The position numbers and the translations under genes are program-made. From the NCBI GenBank assembly GCA_965232515.1, contig CBDDPY010000002.1:4128001-4192000 (forward strand): 64,000 nucleotides of DNA. Reading direction: 5' to 3'. Below the pieces are notes generated by a model. That model was not told the origin of the DNA and ran no database searches. It worked only from the letters and a program-made list of their open reading frames with translations. The stretch is from Alphaproteobacteria bacterium (GTDB lineage: Bacteria > Pseudomonadota > Alphaproteobacteria > GCA-2731375). Shown piece after piece: positions 9,791 to 19,899 of this stretch (within the stretch, counting starts at the first letter, position 1; each line of letters starts with the position of its first letter).

Positions 9791-10795
9791 TCAGAGCAGG
9801 CCGATCTTGGCCATATACGCCTTGTGGCTGTCGACGATCGCCTGGGCCTCGCCGCTCTTGGCGCCCCAGTCCTTCCACACATCGAGCAGCATGGTCCGGA
9901 ACTTCGCGGCATCGGCCTCGCCGAACTCGATGAGGGTCACGCCCAACTCGTCGACAGCCTTCTTGGTCGCCGCGGCGTCTTCGGCGGTCAATGTCGACTT
10001 CAGGGTCGCCGACAGTTCGTTGCAGGCGGCCTCGAACTTCTGTTGGGCATCGGCCGACAGGCCGTCCCACTTGGCCTTGGACACCGACATCTCGGTCACG
10101 GCCATCGAATGCCGGGCCAGGATCGAGTATTTCGCCTTGTTGTGCATGCCGAGCGCGACATTGAGGCCGATATTGGCGAGGTCGGTCGCGTCCAGCACGC
10201 CGGTCTCCAGTGCGTTCACGGACTCGCCGACGCCCATGGTCACAAGCGACGCGCCCGCGCGCGTCAGCAGGTCCGACGGCGTGCCGCCCGGCGCCCGCAT
10301 CTTCAGGCCCTCGAAATCCTCGACCGATCGGATCGGCTTGGTCGATGGGATCTGCTCGGGCGGCCAGTAAATCGAGCAGATGAAGTGCAGGTCGTATTTG
10401 GCGTAGAGCTCGCGCGCGAGCTTCAGACCGCCGCCCTCGGTGAACCAACCGTCGCGCATTGCCGAATCGGGATAGGCCGCGAGCGTGTCGCCGAGCACCG
10501 CCATCGCCGGATCCTTGCCGGCGAAATAAGTCGGCGCCGTGTACTGACCGTCGAGCAGGCCGTTCTGGATCGCATCGATGGTTTCGGTCGCGCCGACCAC
10601 GGCCCGGCCCGGCAGCACGGTGATATCGACCTCGCCGTTGGTCGCGGCTTTCAGGTCGGCCGCCATGGCTTCAAACGCCTTGGTGGTCGACGCGTTGGCG
10701 CCGAGAAAGGTCTGCATCTTGAAGCTTTCGGCCTGCGCCGCGCCGGCCACGAGCACGGCGCACGCGGTCGCCAGCAGAGTGTTCCTGATATGCAT
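9791..10795 (-). CDS. TRAP substrate-binding protein (DctP)
   Basis: Signal peptide ...AQA, DFEGLKMRAPG, ALETGVLDA. Confidence 0.92.
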   Translation of the reverse strand: MHIRNTLLATACAVLVAGAAQAESFKMQTFLGANASTTKAFEAMAADLKAATNGEVDITVLPGRAVVGATETIDAIQNGLLDGQYTAPTYFAGKDPAMAVLGDTLAAYPDSAMRDGWFTEGGGLKLARELYAKYDLHFICSIYWPPEQIPSTKPIRSVEDFEGLKMRAPGGTPSDLLTRAGASLVTMGVGESVNALETGVLDATDLANIGLNVALGMHNKAKYSILARHSMAVTEMSVSKAKWDGLSADAQQKFEAACNELSATLKSTLTAEDAAATKKAVDELGVTLIEFGEADAAKFRTMLLDVWKDWGAKSGEAQAIVDSHKAYMAKIGLL

Positions 10796-10840
10796 GTTGT
10801 CCTCCCTGTTCGGATGTCCGATTTGATTTTTCGCCGTTCC

Positions 10841-11722
10841 CTAGGCCGCCATGCCGAGGATCTCCCGCGTTTCGTCGAGCGTCGCGACCTCGCGACCCAG
10901 CGCTTCGGCCTGTTCTCGGACGATCCGGATCAGTTCGGCGTTCTTGGGATTGCCGATGTTGGAATAGGGGTAGTCGCCAAGCCCGATGGAGATGTGACCG
11001 CCCTCGCGGATGATCTTCTCGGACAGCTTCAGCAGGTCGCCGTTGAAGTTGCAGACCGTCCACTCGATCCGCTTGTCCTGTGGCAGGAAGGCGGTGTGCG
11101 CATCGAGCCCCTGCGGCGTGCCCGGATGCCCCGCCAGCATGATGCCGTCGGTCAGGCAAAAGCACATGTAGGCCGGCTCGGGGATCAGACCCATGTCCAT
11201 GAAGGCGACCGACTGACGGGTAAAGCTGACGTTCCAGGACACCAGATACTGCTTCAGGCCGGCGGCGGTGATGTGTTCCGCGAAATACTCCAGCGTCTCG
11301 GTGTCGTTCCGGTAGACCAGATCCTTGGTGTCGTAAGCAGTTTTGCCGGGATTGTACCAATCGACATTGACGCTGCCCATGTCCATCGGCGCGAAGTCTG
11401 GCCGGGTGCGTGGATCCTGCGCCATGGTCATGACGTTGTGCAGCCGCTCCTCCGGACCGGCGCCCAAGGTCACGTAGCCGAGCGTCGGGTGAATCAGGAT
11501 GTCCGACATCTCATGGATCCGGCGCATCGTGTCCTGATAGGTCCCGAGGCGATGGTCGGGCGAGCCGTCGTCGTTGCGCGCATGGAAATGAACGATGGTG
11601 GCGCCTTCTTCGCGGCATTCCGCGGCCGCGGCGGCAATCTCGGCCGGCGTCCAGGGCACGTGCGGGTTCTCGGACCGCATCATGTATTCGTTCACGCGCG
11701 CTTCGATGATCAGCTTCTGCAT
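10841..11722 (-). CDS. 3-keto-5-aminohexanoate cleavage enzyme family (DUF849/BKACE)
   Basis: NPHVPWTPAEIA, GATIVHFHAR, GGHISIGLGD. Confidence 0.88.
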   Translation of the reverse strand: MQKLIIEARVNEYMMRSENPHVPWTPAEIAAAAAECREEGATIVHFHARNDDGSPDHRLGTYQDTMRRIHEMSDILIHPTLGYVTLGAGPEERLHNVMTMAQDPRTRPDFAPMDMGSVNVDWYNPGKTAYDTKDLVYRNDTETLEYFAEHITAAGLKQYLVSWNVSFTRQSVAFMDMGLIPEPAYMCFCLTDGIMLAGHPGTPQGLDAHTAFLPQDKRIEWTVCNFNGDLLKLSEKIIREGGHISIGLGDYPYSNIGNPKNAELIRIVREQAEALGREVATLDETREILGMAA

Positions 11723-11746
11723 CCGTGCCTCCCTTGGCCATCGCTC

Positions 11747-11893
11747 AAGATATATATATCTTTCGAATTTATGGCATATGTAATGATATATACGGTCAGT
11801 GAGTCAAGGATCTCATAATTCAAGGTTACGCACGCCTGGCAAACCGACCGAAGCAACACGGTTGGGTTGGCTCGTGAATAGGTATATATATAC
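11747..11893. promoter_or_regulatory. AT-rich divergent promoter with TATATA palindromes
   Basis: Perfect palindromes AAGATATATATATCTT (11747-11762) and GTATATATATAC (11882-11893). Confidence 0.45.
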
Positions 11894-11899
11894 AGTCTT

Positions 11900-13555
11900 A
11901 TGACCGAGGCCCGCGACGATACGACGAAGCGGTTGGCGGCGGCGGAAGCCCGTATCGCCGAGCTGGAATCGCGGCTGCAATCGACATCACCGGCAGATCC
12001 AGTGCTGCCCGTGTCGGAAGAGCTGTTCCGGCGCATTCTCGATCGCCTGCCCGGCAATGTCGTGCGCCGGGTTCTGCATGCCGACGGCCGCATCACTTAT
12101 CCGTTTGTCAGCGAGGGACTGTACGAAACCTTCGGCATCAAGCCGGAAGCGGTCACCGGACAGGGCGATGCCCGGTTCGACTGGATTCACCCTGACGACC
12201 GCGATGCCTGGGTGGCGGCCCTGCACCACTCGGCCAGGACCCTGACACCGCTGGACTACGAGAACCGCGTGATGTCGCCCGGCGGCGAGATACGCTGGGT
12301 GCGCTCGCTCGGCAAGCCGCAGCGCTTGCCGTCGGGCGACGTCGTCTGGGACGGCATCGCGCTCGACGTGACCGACCGGCGCGCGGCGGAGGAGGCCATG
12401 CGCGCGGCCAAGGACGAAGCCGAGCAGGCCAATCAGGCGAAGTCGAAGTTTCTCGCCGCCGCCAGTCACGACCTGCGTCAGCCGCTGCAGTCGCTGCGCT
12501 TCCTGCTCGCGGCGACCACGGCGCAGGCCCGCGACGACGGTGTGCTCGCCAATCTCGACCGCATGACGCACTGCCTGGACTCGCTCGACGGCATCCTCGA
12601 GGCGCTGCTCGACATCTCCAAGCTGGACGCCGGCGTGGTCACGCCGACAACAGGCCCGATCCCGGTCGCCAAGCTGTTCCGGCGACTGGAGCGGGAGTTG
12701 GCGCCGCTCGCCGAAGCCAAGCGGCTCGACCTGCGGGTCATGCACAGCGGCGCCGTGGCGGCAAGCGACGCCGCGCTGCTGGAAACGATTCTGCGCAACC
12801 TGCTGTCGAACGCCATCAAGTATACCGAGACCGGTCGCGTGCTGATCGGCTGCCGTCGGCATGGTGATGGCCTGCGCATCGTTGTTGCCGATACCGGCAT
12901 CGGCATCGCGCCGGCGCAACAGCAGGCGATCTTCGAGCCATTCCACCAGATCGACAATGTCGCGCGCGATCGCAGCATGGGGCTGGGCCTGGGGCTTGCC
13001 ATCGTCGCCCGGGTGGCGCAACTCCTGGGTCACGAGATCGGTCTGTCGTCGGCGCCGAGCCGGGGCGCCCGGTTCTGGATCGACGTACCACGCGCGGCCG
13101 CGACGGATCGGGGTCATGACGACGCCCGGTCCGCGGCCGCGCCCGCGACCGTCGTCGACGCCATCGCCGGCGCCCGGGTGCTGTTGGTTGAAGACGAAGC
13201 CATGGTGGCTGAATCCGTGCGGCAATTGCTGCAGACCTGGGGTTGCCAGGTGAGCGCGGCCATCGACACGGCGGCGGCGCTGGCGGCAACCGCTGCATCG
13301 GCCGACGCGCCCGACCTCATCATCGCCGACTACCGGCTGCCCTGCGCCGCGCGTGGCAGCGATGCGATCGGCGCCGTGCGCACCCAAACCGGCCGCGACA
13401 TCCCGGGTATCATCCTGACCGGCGATACGGCGCCCGAACGCCTGCGCGAAGCACAGTGCAGCGGCTATAACCTGTTGCACAAGCCGGTGCGGCCGGCGCG
13501 GCTGCGGGCGCTGATGAACCTGTTGCTGACCGACCGACACAGTGGAGTCCCTTGA
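11900..13555 (+). CDS. Cytoplasmic PAS hybrid sensor histidine kinase
   Basis: PAS (WIHPDD), H-box SHDLRQPL, N-box NLLSNAIKY, DTGIG, GLGLGL, C-terminal receiver (LLVEDE, ADYRL, HKP). Confidence 0.92.
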   Translation: MTEARDDTTKRLAAAEARIAELESRLQSTSPADPVLPVSEELFRRILDRLPGNVVRRVLHADGRITYPFVSEGLYETFGIKPEAVTGQGDARFDWIHPDDRDAWVAALHHSARTLTPLDYENRVMSPGGEIRWVRSLGKPQRLPSGDVVWDGIALDVTDRRAAEEAMRAAKDEAEQANQAKSKFLAAASHDLRQPLQSLRFLLAATTAQARDDGVLANLDRMTHCLDSLDGILEALLDISKLDAGVVTPTTGPIPVAKLFRRLERELAPLAEAKRLDLRVMHSGAVAASDAALLETILRNLLSNAIKYTETGRVLIGCRRHGDGLRIVVADTGIGIAPAQQQAIFEPFHQIDNVARDRSMGLGLGLAIVARVAQLLGHEIGLSSAPSRGARFWIDVPRAAATDRGHDDARSAAAPATVVDAIAGARVLLVEDEAMVAESVRQLLQTWGCQVSAAIDTAAALAATAASADAPDLIIADYRLPCAARGSDAIGAVRTQTGRDIPGIILTGDTAPERLREAQCSGYNLLHKPVRPARLRALMNLLLTDRHSGVP

Positions 13556-14190
13556 TGCGGGTGCTGATCGCCGACGACCACAGTCTGTTCCGCGAGGGAC
13601 TGGAGCAGTTGCTGATGCAACTCGACGCCGACATGACCTTTGCGCATGCCGCCGATCTGGCCGAGGCAGAGGCGGACCTGCGCGCGGCGGAGGACGACTA
13701 CGACCTTGTCATCATCGATTGGCGCATGCCGGGCATGGACCGGCCCGGCGCGTTCCGGCATTTGCGCGAGACCAGACCCGACACGCCCGTCGTTGTGATT
13801 TCAGCCTCGGAGGAACCGGCCGATATCGAGGCCGCCATGCAGGCCGGCGCCTCCGGCTATATCCCGAAGTCCTCGAACGCACAGGTCACGTTGGGCGCGT
13901 TGCGGTTGATCCTCGACTCCGGCGGTATCTACGTGCCGCCGTCGCTGCTAAGAAACGGCCAGGACGCGCCGGAGACACCGCCGCCGACACGCCGCGACGG
14001 CCGGCCGGTTCTGACCCGACGTCAGGTCGAGGTGTTGCGCCTCATCGCCGATGGCAAATCGAACCGCGAAATCGCCGCGGCGCTCGACATCACCGAAGGC
14101 ACCGCCAAGGTGCACGTCGCGTCGATCATGAAATCGCTGGGGGTGCGCCGGCGCGCCGACGCGGTGATCCGGGCTGCCGCCATCCTCTGA
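13555..14190 (+). CDS. NarL/LuxR-family response regulator
   Basis: VLIADDH, DWRMPG, LTRRQVEVL...GKSNREIA; overlaps the kinase stop (TGATG). Confidence 0.92.
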   Translation: MRVLIADDHSLFREGLEQLLMQLDADMTFAHAADLAEAEADLRAAEDDYDLVIIDWRMPGMDRPGAFRHLRETRPDTPVVVISASEEPADIEAAMQAGASGYIPKSSNAQVTLGALRLILDSGGIYVPPSLLRNGQDAPETPPPTRRDGRPVLTRRQVEVLRLIADGKSNREIAAALDITEGTAKVHVASIMKSLGVRRRADAVIRAAAIL

Positions 14191-14205
14191 CGGTCAGCCG
14201 CGCCG

Positions 14206-15771
14206 TCAGTCGTCGTCCGACTCGTCGTCGCTCCAGTCCGCCGTCGAGACGCGGCCGCGTTCGGCGCCGGTGTCGTCATCGACACAGACCATGCTGACGT
14301 CATAGCCCCAAAGCCGGCGGGCGTGTTTCAACACCTCGTCGCGGGACTTTTCGGCCAGCGGAATGCCCTTGCGCATGGCATGACGCAGATGCAGCTGACG
14401 GTCGCGTTTGAGATCGACGTCGATGACCTGGATATCTGGATCGATGACGCCGGGATCGTAGCTGCGGGCCAGCATCTCGCGCACCTGCCGGTAGCCGTCC
14501 TCGTCGTGAATGCCGGACACCATGAGATGGCTGTCGTCGGCATCGTCGGTCAGCGCGAACAGCTTGAACTCGCGGATCAGGCGCGGGCTTAGATATTGCA
14601 GGATGAAGGATTCGTCCCGGTAATTGGCCCAGGCATCCTTCAAGGTGCCGCGCCAGTCGCCGTTGCCGGCGATCTCGGGGAACCATTCCTTGTCTTCCGG
14701 CGTCGGCTCCATGCACATGCGCTTGATGTCCTGCATCATCGAGAAGCCGAGCGCATAGGGATTCAGGCCGGAATAGCGCGGGTCGTCGAAGTCGGCCTGG
14801 AACACCACGTTGGCGTGGCTGTGCAGGATCTCCAGCATGGTGCCTTCGGTCAGCAGGCCGCGGTCGTACAGCTCGTTGGCGATGTAGTGGTGCACGAAGG
14901 TGGCGCAGCCCTCGTTCATCACCTTCGTCTGACGCTGCGGATAGAAGTACTGCGCGATCGTGCGCACGATCCGCAGCACCTCGCGCTGCCACGGCTCCAG
15001 CACCGGGCTGTTGCGCTCGATGAAGAACAGCACGTTCTCTTCCGGCAGCTTGTGCTGCCGCATGCGTTCGGCCAGCTCCTTCTCCAGCTCGGTTTCCTGC
15101 GCGCCGTCGTGCAGTTGCGGCACCGTGCGCCAGAGATCGCTGAAGGTGCGGTCCTTGTAGTCCTGGGCTTCCTGGGCCCGCGCTTTCAGCTCGCGGCTGG
15201 TCAGCTCGCGCGGCCGGCGATAGCGGAACACCGCCTGATCCATCAGCGCATGCGCGGCATCGAGCGTGTCCTCGACCGCCTCCATGCCGGCCTTTTCCTC
15301 GCAGGTGGCGATGAAAGCCTTGGCGTACTGGAAGTAGTCGAGCACGCCGTCGGCATCGGTCCACTGCCGGAAAAGGTAGTTGTTCTTGAAGAAGTGGTTG
15401 TGGCCGAAGGCGGCGTGCGCCATCACCAGCGTCTGCAGCGCCATGGTGTTCTCTTCCATGACGTAGCTGATGCAGGGATTGGAGTTGATCACGATCTCAT
15501 ACGCCAGGCCGGTATAGCCCTTGCGGTACATCTTCTCCTCGCGGGCGAAGCGCTTGCCGAAGGACCAGTGCGGGTACATCAACGGCATGCCCAGCGAGGA
15601 ATAGGCGTCCAGCATCTGCTCGGACGAGATGATTTCGATCTGATTGGGATAGACGTCGAGGCCGAGGTCGTTCAACGCCACGTCCTCGATCGCATCGAAG
15701 GCGGCCGACAGCCGTTCGAAGCTCCAATCGGGCTCCTCGAACAACGGCTGCGTCTTACGCTTGGCGCCCAT
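14206..15771 (-). CDS. ycgB: SpoVR family protein (YcgB)
   Basis: YPNQIE, HWSFGK, LAYEIVINS, HNHFFKNN, TKVMNEGCA. Confidence 0.92.
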   Translation of the reverse strand: MGAKRKTQPLFEEPDWSFERLSAAFDAIEDVALNDLGLDVYPNQIEIISSEQMLDAYSSLGMPLMYPHWSFGKRFAREEKMYRKGYTGLAYEIVINSNPCISYVMEENTMALQTLVMAHAAFGHNHFFKNNYLFRQWTDADGVLDYFQYAKAFIATCEEKAGMEAVEDTLDAAHALMDQAVFRYRRPRELTSRELKARAQEAQDYKDRTFSDLWRTVPQLHDGAQETELEKELAERMRQHKLPEENVLFFIERNSPVLEPWQREVLRIVRTIAQYFYPQRQTKVMNEGCATFVHHYIANELYDRGLLTEGTMLEILHSHANVVFQADFDDPRYSGLNPYALGFSMMQDIKRMCMEPTPEDKEWFPEIAGNGDWRGTLKDAWANYRDESFILQYLSPRLIREFKLFALTDDADDSHLMVSGIHDEDGYRQVREMLARSYDPGVIDPDIQVIDVDLKRDRQLHLRHAMRKGIPLAEKSRDEVLKHARRLWGYDVSMVCVDDDTGAERGRVSTADWSDDESDDD

Positions 15772-15809
15772 ACCTAACCTGCCTCCGTCCGTTGCCGGCG
15801 GGCCACCGC

Positions 15810-17120
15810 TCAGACCTGCTCGACCTGCTTGGCGAACAGTTCGCGGAAAGCCGGATAGATGTCACCGGGCTTGGCGATGCGCTTCATTTCGAAGTTCTGC
15901 CATTGCTCCTTCACGGTCCGATAGGCCTGCCACAAGGCCGCGCCGGACTCGGAATCGCCGAACAGGCCCATCTCGCGCTCGTCGATGATCTCGACATAGG
16001 TGAAGTACTGGCAGACCGGCATCAGCTCCTGATGCAGCAGGGCGACGCAACGTTCACTGTCGCCGGAGAAGTTCTCGCCGTCCGACGCCTGGGCGGCATA
16101 GATGTTCCAGGTGTCGGTCGGATAGCGGTCGGCGACGACCCCGGCCATCTCGCGCAACGCCGTGCTGACCACCGTGCCGCCGGTCTGCGGGCTGTAGAAG
16201 AAGGTTTCCTCGTCAACCTCGGAAGCTTCGTGCGTATGCCGGATGAAGACGACGTCGACATGCTCGTAGCGGCGCTTCAGGAACATGTGCAGCAGCACGA
16301 AGAAGCGCTTGGCCAGATCCTTTTCGCGCTGCCCCATGGAGCCGGAGACGTCCATCAGGCAGAACATGACGGCGTTGGTGTTCGGCTCGGGCCGTTGTTC
16401 GTTATAGCGGTAACGCACGTCGAACGGATCGATGAAGCCGACGACCTTGCGCCGCCGCTCGAGCCCCTCGAGCTCCTCGATCAGCGCTTTCAGCTTTTGC
16501 TCGTCCTCGTCGGTCCGGCCGGTCTTGGCCTCCAGCGCCGTAATCTGCCGGCGCAGGTCCTCGAGCGTCGAGTTCTTCGGCCGGGCCAGCGCGATTCGAC
16601 GCCCCAGGCTATTGCGCATGGTGCGCGCGACATCCAGGTTCGACGGGTTGCCGACCCGGCTGAAACCGGCACGATGACGCGTGAAAGAGACGATCTCCTT
16701 CAGCGTCGTCTTGACCAGGTTCGGCAGCTCCAGATCCTCGAAGAACAGATCCAGGAATTCCTCGCGCGACAGCGCGAACTGGAATTCGTCCTCGCCGTCG
16801 CCCTGGTCGGTGGCCTTCTTGCCGCCACCACCCTCGCCCTGTTGCGGCTTCGGGATGCGGTCGCCGGTCTCGAACTCCTTGTTGCCGGTGAACACCCGCT
16901 CGCGGATGCCGCCCTTGCTGCTGTGACTGAAGCGCGGCTCGCCGATGCCCTTGGTCGGGATCGTCACGGTCTCGCCACTGGCGACATCCGTGATCGAGCG
17001 GTCCCGCACCGACTTGTTGACGACCTCTTTGATCTGGGCGCGGGCCCGTCGGATAAAGCGCTGGCGGTTGCCCAGGCTTTTGCCCTTGGGATTTTGCCGC
17101 CGATCGATGAACTGGTGCAT
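15810..17120 (-). CDS. yeaH: YeaH/YhbH (DUF444) vWA-like protein
   Basis: IDRRQNPKGKSLGNRQRF, MDVSGSM, GGTVVS, QASDGEN. Confidence 0.92.
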   Translation of the reverse strand: MHQFIDRRQNPKGKSLGNRQRFIRRARAQIKEVVNKSVRDRSITDVASGETVTIPTKGIGEPRFSHSSKGGIRERVFTGNKEFETGDRIPKPQQGEGGGGKKATDQGDGEDEFQFALSREEFLDLFFEDLELPNLVKTTLKEIVSFTRHRAGFSRVGNPSNLDVARTMRNSLGRRIALARPKNSTLEDLRRQITALEAKTGRTDEDEQKLKALIEELEGLERRRKVVGFIDPFDVRYRYNEQRPEPNTNAVMFCLMDVSGSMGQREKDLAKRFFVLLHMFLKRRYEHVDVVFIRHTHEASEVDEETFFYSPQTGGTVVSTALREMAGVVADRYPTDTWNIYAAQASDGENFSGDSERCVALLHQELMPVCQYFTYVEIIDEREMGLFGDSESGAALWQAYRTVKEQWQNFEMKRIAKPGDIYPAFRELFAKQVEQV

Positions 17121-17135
17121 GGCCTCTGGCCGGGC

Positions 17136-19070
17136 TCAGCCCGCCTTATTCACGCGCATGTACCATTCGACGAGACGCCGGACCTGACGCTGGGTGTAGC
17201 CGCGCTCGACCAGACGCGAGACGAAGTCGTTGTGTTTCTTCTCCGTTTCGCTGTCCTTCTTCGAGCCGAAGCTGATCACCGGGAGCAGATCCTCGACCTG
17301 ACCGAACATCCGTTTCTCGATGACGTCGCGCAGCTTCTCGTAGCTGGTCCAGGACGGGTTCTTGCCGTCGTTCTGGGCCCGCGCACGCAGCACGAACTTC
17401 ACCACCTCGTTGCGGAAGTCCTTCGGATTGGCGATGCCGGCCGGCTTTTCGATTTTCGCCAGCTCGGCGTCCAGCACCTCGCGGTCGAACAGCTGACCGG
17501 TATCCGGATCCTTGTAGTCCTGCTCCTCGATCCAGGCATCGGCATAGGCGATGTAGCGGTCGAACAGGTTCTGCCCATACTCGGTATAGGATTCGAGGTA
17601 GGCCTTCTGGATCTCGTTGCCGATGAACTCGGCATACTTCGGCGCCAGGTCGGCCTTGATGAACTCGAGGTACTGGTCCTCTGTCTCGCGCGCGAACTGC
17701 TCGCGCTTGATCGCCTGCTCCAGCACATACATCAGATGCACCGGGTCGGCCGCGACCTCCTCGATGTCGTGGTTGAAGGTCTCGGACAGCACCTTGAAGG
17801 CGAACCGCGTGCTGACGCCGGTCATGCCTTCGTCGACGCCGGCCGCGTCGCGGTATTCCTGCATCGACTTGGCCTTCGGGCCAGTGTGCTTCAGGTTCTC
17901 GCCGTCATAGACCCGCATCTTGGCGTAGAGCGTCGAGTTCTCGTGCTCGCGCAGGCGCGTCAGCACGCTGAAGCGGCTCAGGATTTCGAGCGTTTCCGGC
18001 GCGCAGGGCGCGTCGCCGAGCTGACTTTCCCGCAACAGCTTGTGATAAATCTCGGCTTCCTCGGTGCCGCGCAGACAATAGGGCACCTTGACCACGGAAA
18101 TCCGGTCGAGGAAGGCCTCGTTGTTCTTGTTGCTCTTGAACTGCTGCCATTCGGCCTCATTCGAGTGCGCCAGGATGATGCCCTGGAACGGGAAGGCGCC
18201 AAAGCTCTCGGTGCCGAGATAATTGCCTTCCTGCGTGGCGGTCAGCAGCGGGTGCAGCACCTTGATCGGCGCCTTGAACATCTCGACGAATTCCAACAGT
18301 CCTTGAGTCGTTCGGTTCAGGCCGCCGGAGAAGCTGTAGGCGTCGGGGTCGTTCTGGCTGAAATGCTCGAGCTTGCGGATGTCGAGCTTGCCAACCAGGG
18401 CGGAGATGTCCTGGTTGTTTTCGTCGCCGGGTTCCGTCTTGGCGACGCCGACCTGACGCAGCTTCGACGGCATCATCTTGACGACGGCGAACTTCGAGAT
18501 ATCGCCGTCGAATTCGTCCAGGCGCTTGACCGCCCAGGGCGACATCAAGCCATTTAACCGGCGCCGCGCGATACCGTACTTGTCTTCAAGCAGATCGCCC
18601 ATGCGCGCCGGATCGAACAGACCGAGCGGCGATTCGAACACCGGGCTGACCTGATCGCCGGCTTTCAACACGTAGATCGGGTTCTTTTCCATCAGCAGCT
18701 TCAGACGCTCGGCCAGCGTCGATTTGCCGCCGCCCACGGGGCCGAGCAGATAAAGCACCTGCTTGCGCTCTTCGAGGCCCTGCGCGGCATGCTGGAAGTA
18801 GCCGACGATCCGCTCGATCGTCTGCTCCATGCCGTAGAAGCCGCTGAATGCGGGATAGCGCTTGATGGTTCTATTGAGGAAAATGCGGCCCAATCGCGAG
18901 TCCGAACTGGTGTCGATCAGTTCAGGTTCGCCGATGGCGTCGATCATGCGTTCCGCCGCCGAGGCGTACATCAGGGGGTGGTCGCGGCACCCGAGCAGAT
19001 AGTCGTGCAGACTCATCTCCTCGGAGGCTTCACGCTGATAATTTTCCGAATATGCTTCGAAAACGTTCAT
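17136..19070 (-). CDS. prkA: PrkA/YeaG family AAA+ serine protein kinase
   Basis: GPVGGGKS, EPGDENNQDIS, EFVEMFKAPIKVLHPLLTATQE. Confidence 0.95.
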   Translation of the reverse strand: MNVFEAYSENYQREASEEMSLHDYLLGCRDHPLMYASAAERMIDAIGEPELIDTSSDSRLGRIFLNRTIKRYPAFSGFYGMEQTIERIVGYFQHAAQGLEERKQVLYLLGPVGGGKSTLAERLKLLMEKNPIYVLKAGDQVSPVFESPLGLFDPARMGDLLEDKYGIARRRLNGLMSPWAVKRLDEFDGDISKFAVVKMMPSKLRQVGVAKTEPGDENNQDISALVGKLDIRKLEHFSQNDPDAYSFSGGLNRTTQGLLEFVEMFKAPIKVLHPLLTATQEGNYLGTESFGAFPFQGIILAHSNEAEWQQFKSNKNNEAFLDRISVVKVPYCLRGTEEAEIYHKLLRESQLGDAPCAPETLEILSRFSVLTRLREHENSTLYAKMRVYDGENLKHTGPKAKSMQEYRDAAGVDEGMTGVSTRFAFKVLSETFNHDIEEVAADPVHLMYVLEQAIKREQFARETEDQYLEFIKADLAPKYAEFIGNEIQKAYLESYTEYGQNLFDRYIAYADAWIEEQDYKDPDTGQLFDREVLDAELAKIEKPAGIANPKDFRNEVVKFVLRARAQNDGKNPSWTSYEKLRDVIEKRMFGQVEDLLPVISFGSKKDSETEKKHNDFVSRLVERGYTQRQVRRLVEWYMRVNKAG

Positions 19071-19707
19071 GACCGTCCTCCATCAATGGGTGAACGGGTC
19101 GATCGCCAAACTACGGCCGCGCAAAGCATTGCAAATATGTCCTCTTCAGCCTCTCGTTCCTCGCTCTTCCTCCCCCGGTGTCCCAAGTTGTGCATTTGCC
19201 AATTCTTGGCTTATGTCACCCTGCTTTTGTTTGACCCTTCTTAAATGTAGCGTCTCATTGGAACACGGCTACCCTGGTCCATTCAAATTTTCATCACGCA
19301 TTAGCGGTCGGTTGTGCGCCAACCAAGGCGGCGCGCCAATCGCAACCGAAAGATGCAGAGAAAGATTTGACGCACGAAATCAACGGGTTGATCCGCCGGT
19401 CTTGAGGCGGCGTCGAACGCCGGATTGACTCGACCGTCGCGGCGACGTGCAGGCGTCGGCGTGTAATCAATTCGTCATCATTGCAAGCATGCAACACACA
19501 ATCGCGGTGATTCGCCGTCTGGCGCTGGGTTTCGTTGGCGCGCGACGAATTTTCTGCTGCAACGATCTTGGCTGTTTGGGGATGCGAACCGGCGGTGATA
19601 TCTCGCCGCGCGCCGTCATCGGCATCGAGCCGCGGCGCGTCGTGTCGAGATATGTCGTCTGCGTATCGCATTTTTTCCCTAGCCAATGAAGTGTCGTGCC
19701 GGAGTGC

Positions 19708-19723
19708 TTAAATAACGGTTAAC
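19708..19723. promoter_or_regulatory. CtrA-type binding site
   Basis: TTAA-ATAACGG-TTAAC is an exact TTAA-N7-TTAA(C) match in an intergenic region. Confidence 0.55.
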
Positions 19724-19899
19724 CATGTCACTAAATTCGAGAATATGATCGCCAACGCGTAGATGTGATGCGTCAACCGCCGTCCTAACAATTACGCGGC
19801 ACTGTCGATGTCGATCCGAAAAAGTCGACATCGATCGCAAGTGAAGCAGGACAATTTGGGAGGTCCGGGCGGCGATCAGATGGCGGGGATTTGCGTTCG

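Noticed and set aside
5701-18557. Very long opposite-strand ORFs (5701-8079, 9824-11818, 11987-13540, 15792-18557 and similar elsewhere)
   Set aside because: Antisense shadows of well-supported genes, expected from high-GC codon bias; no recognisable motifs.
19294-19689. ORFs in the prkA-nucleotidyltransferase gap
   Set aside because: No convincing RBS, motif or typical composition; left uncalled.
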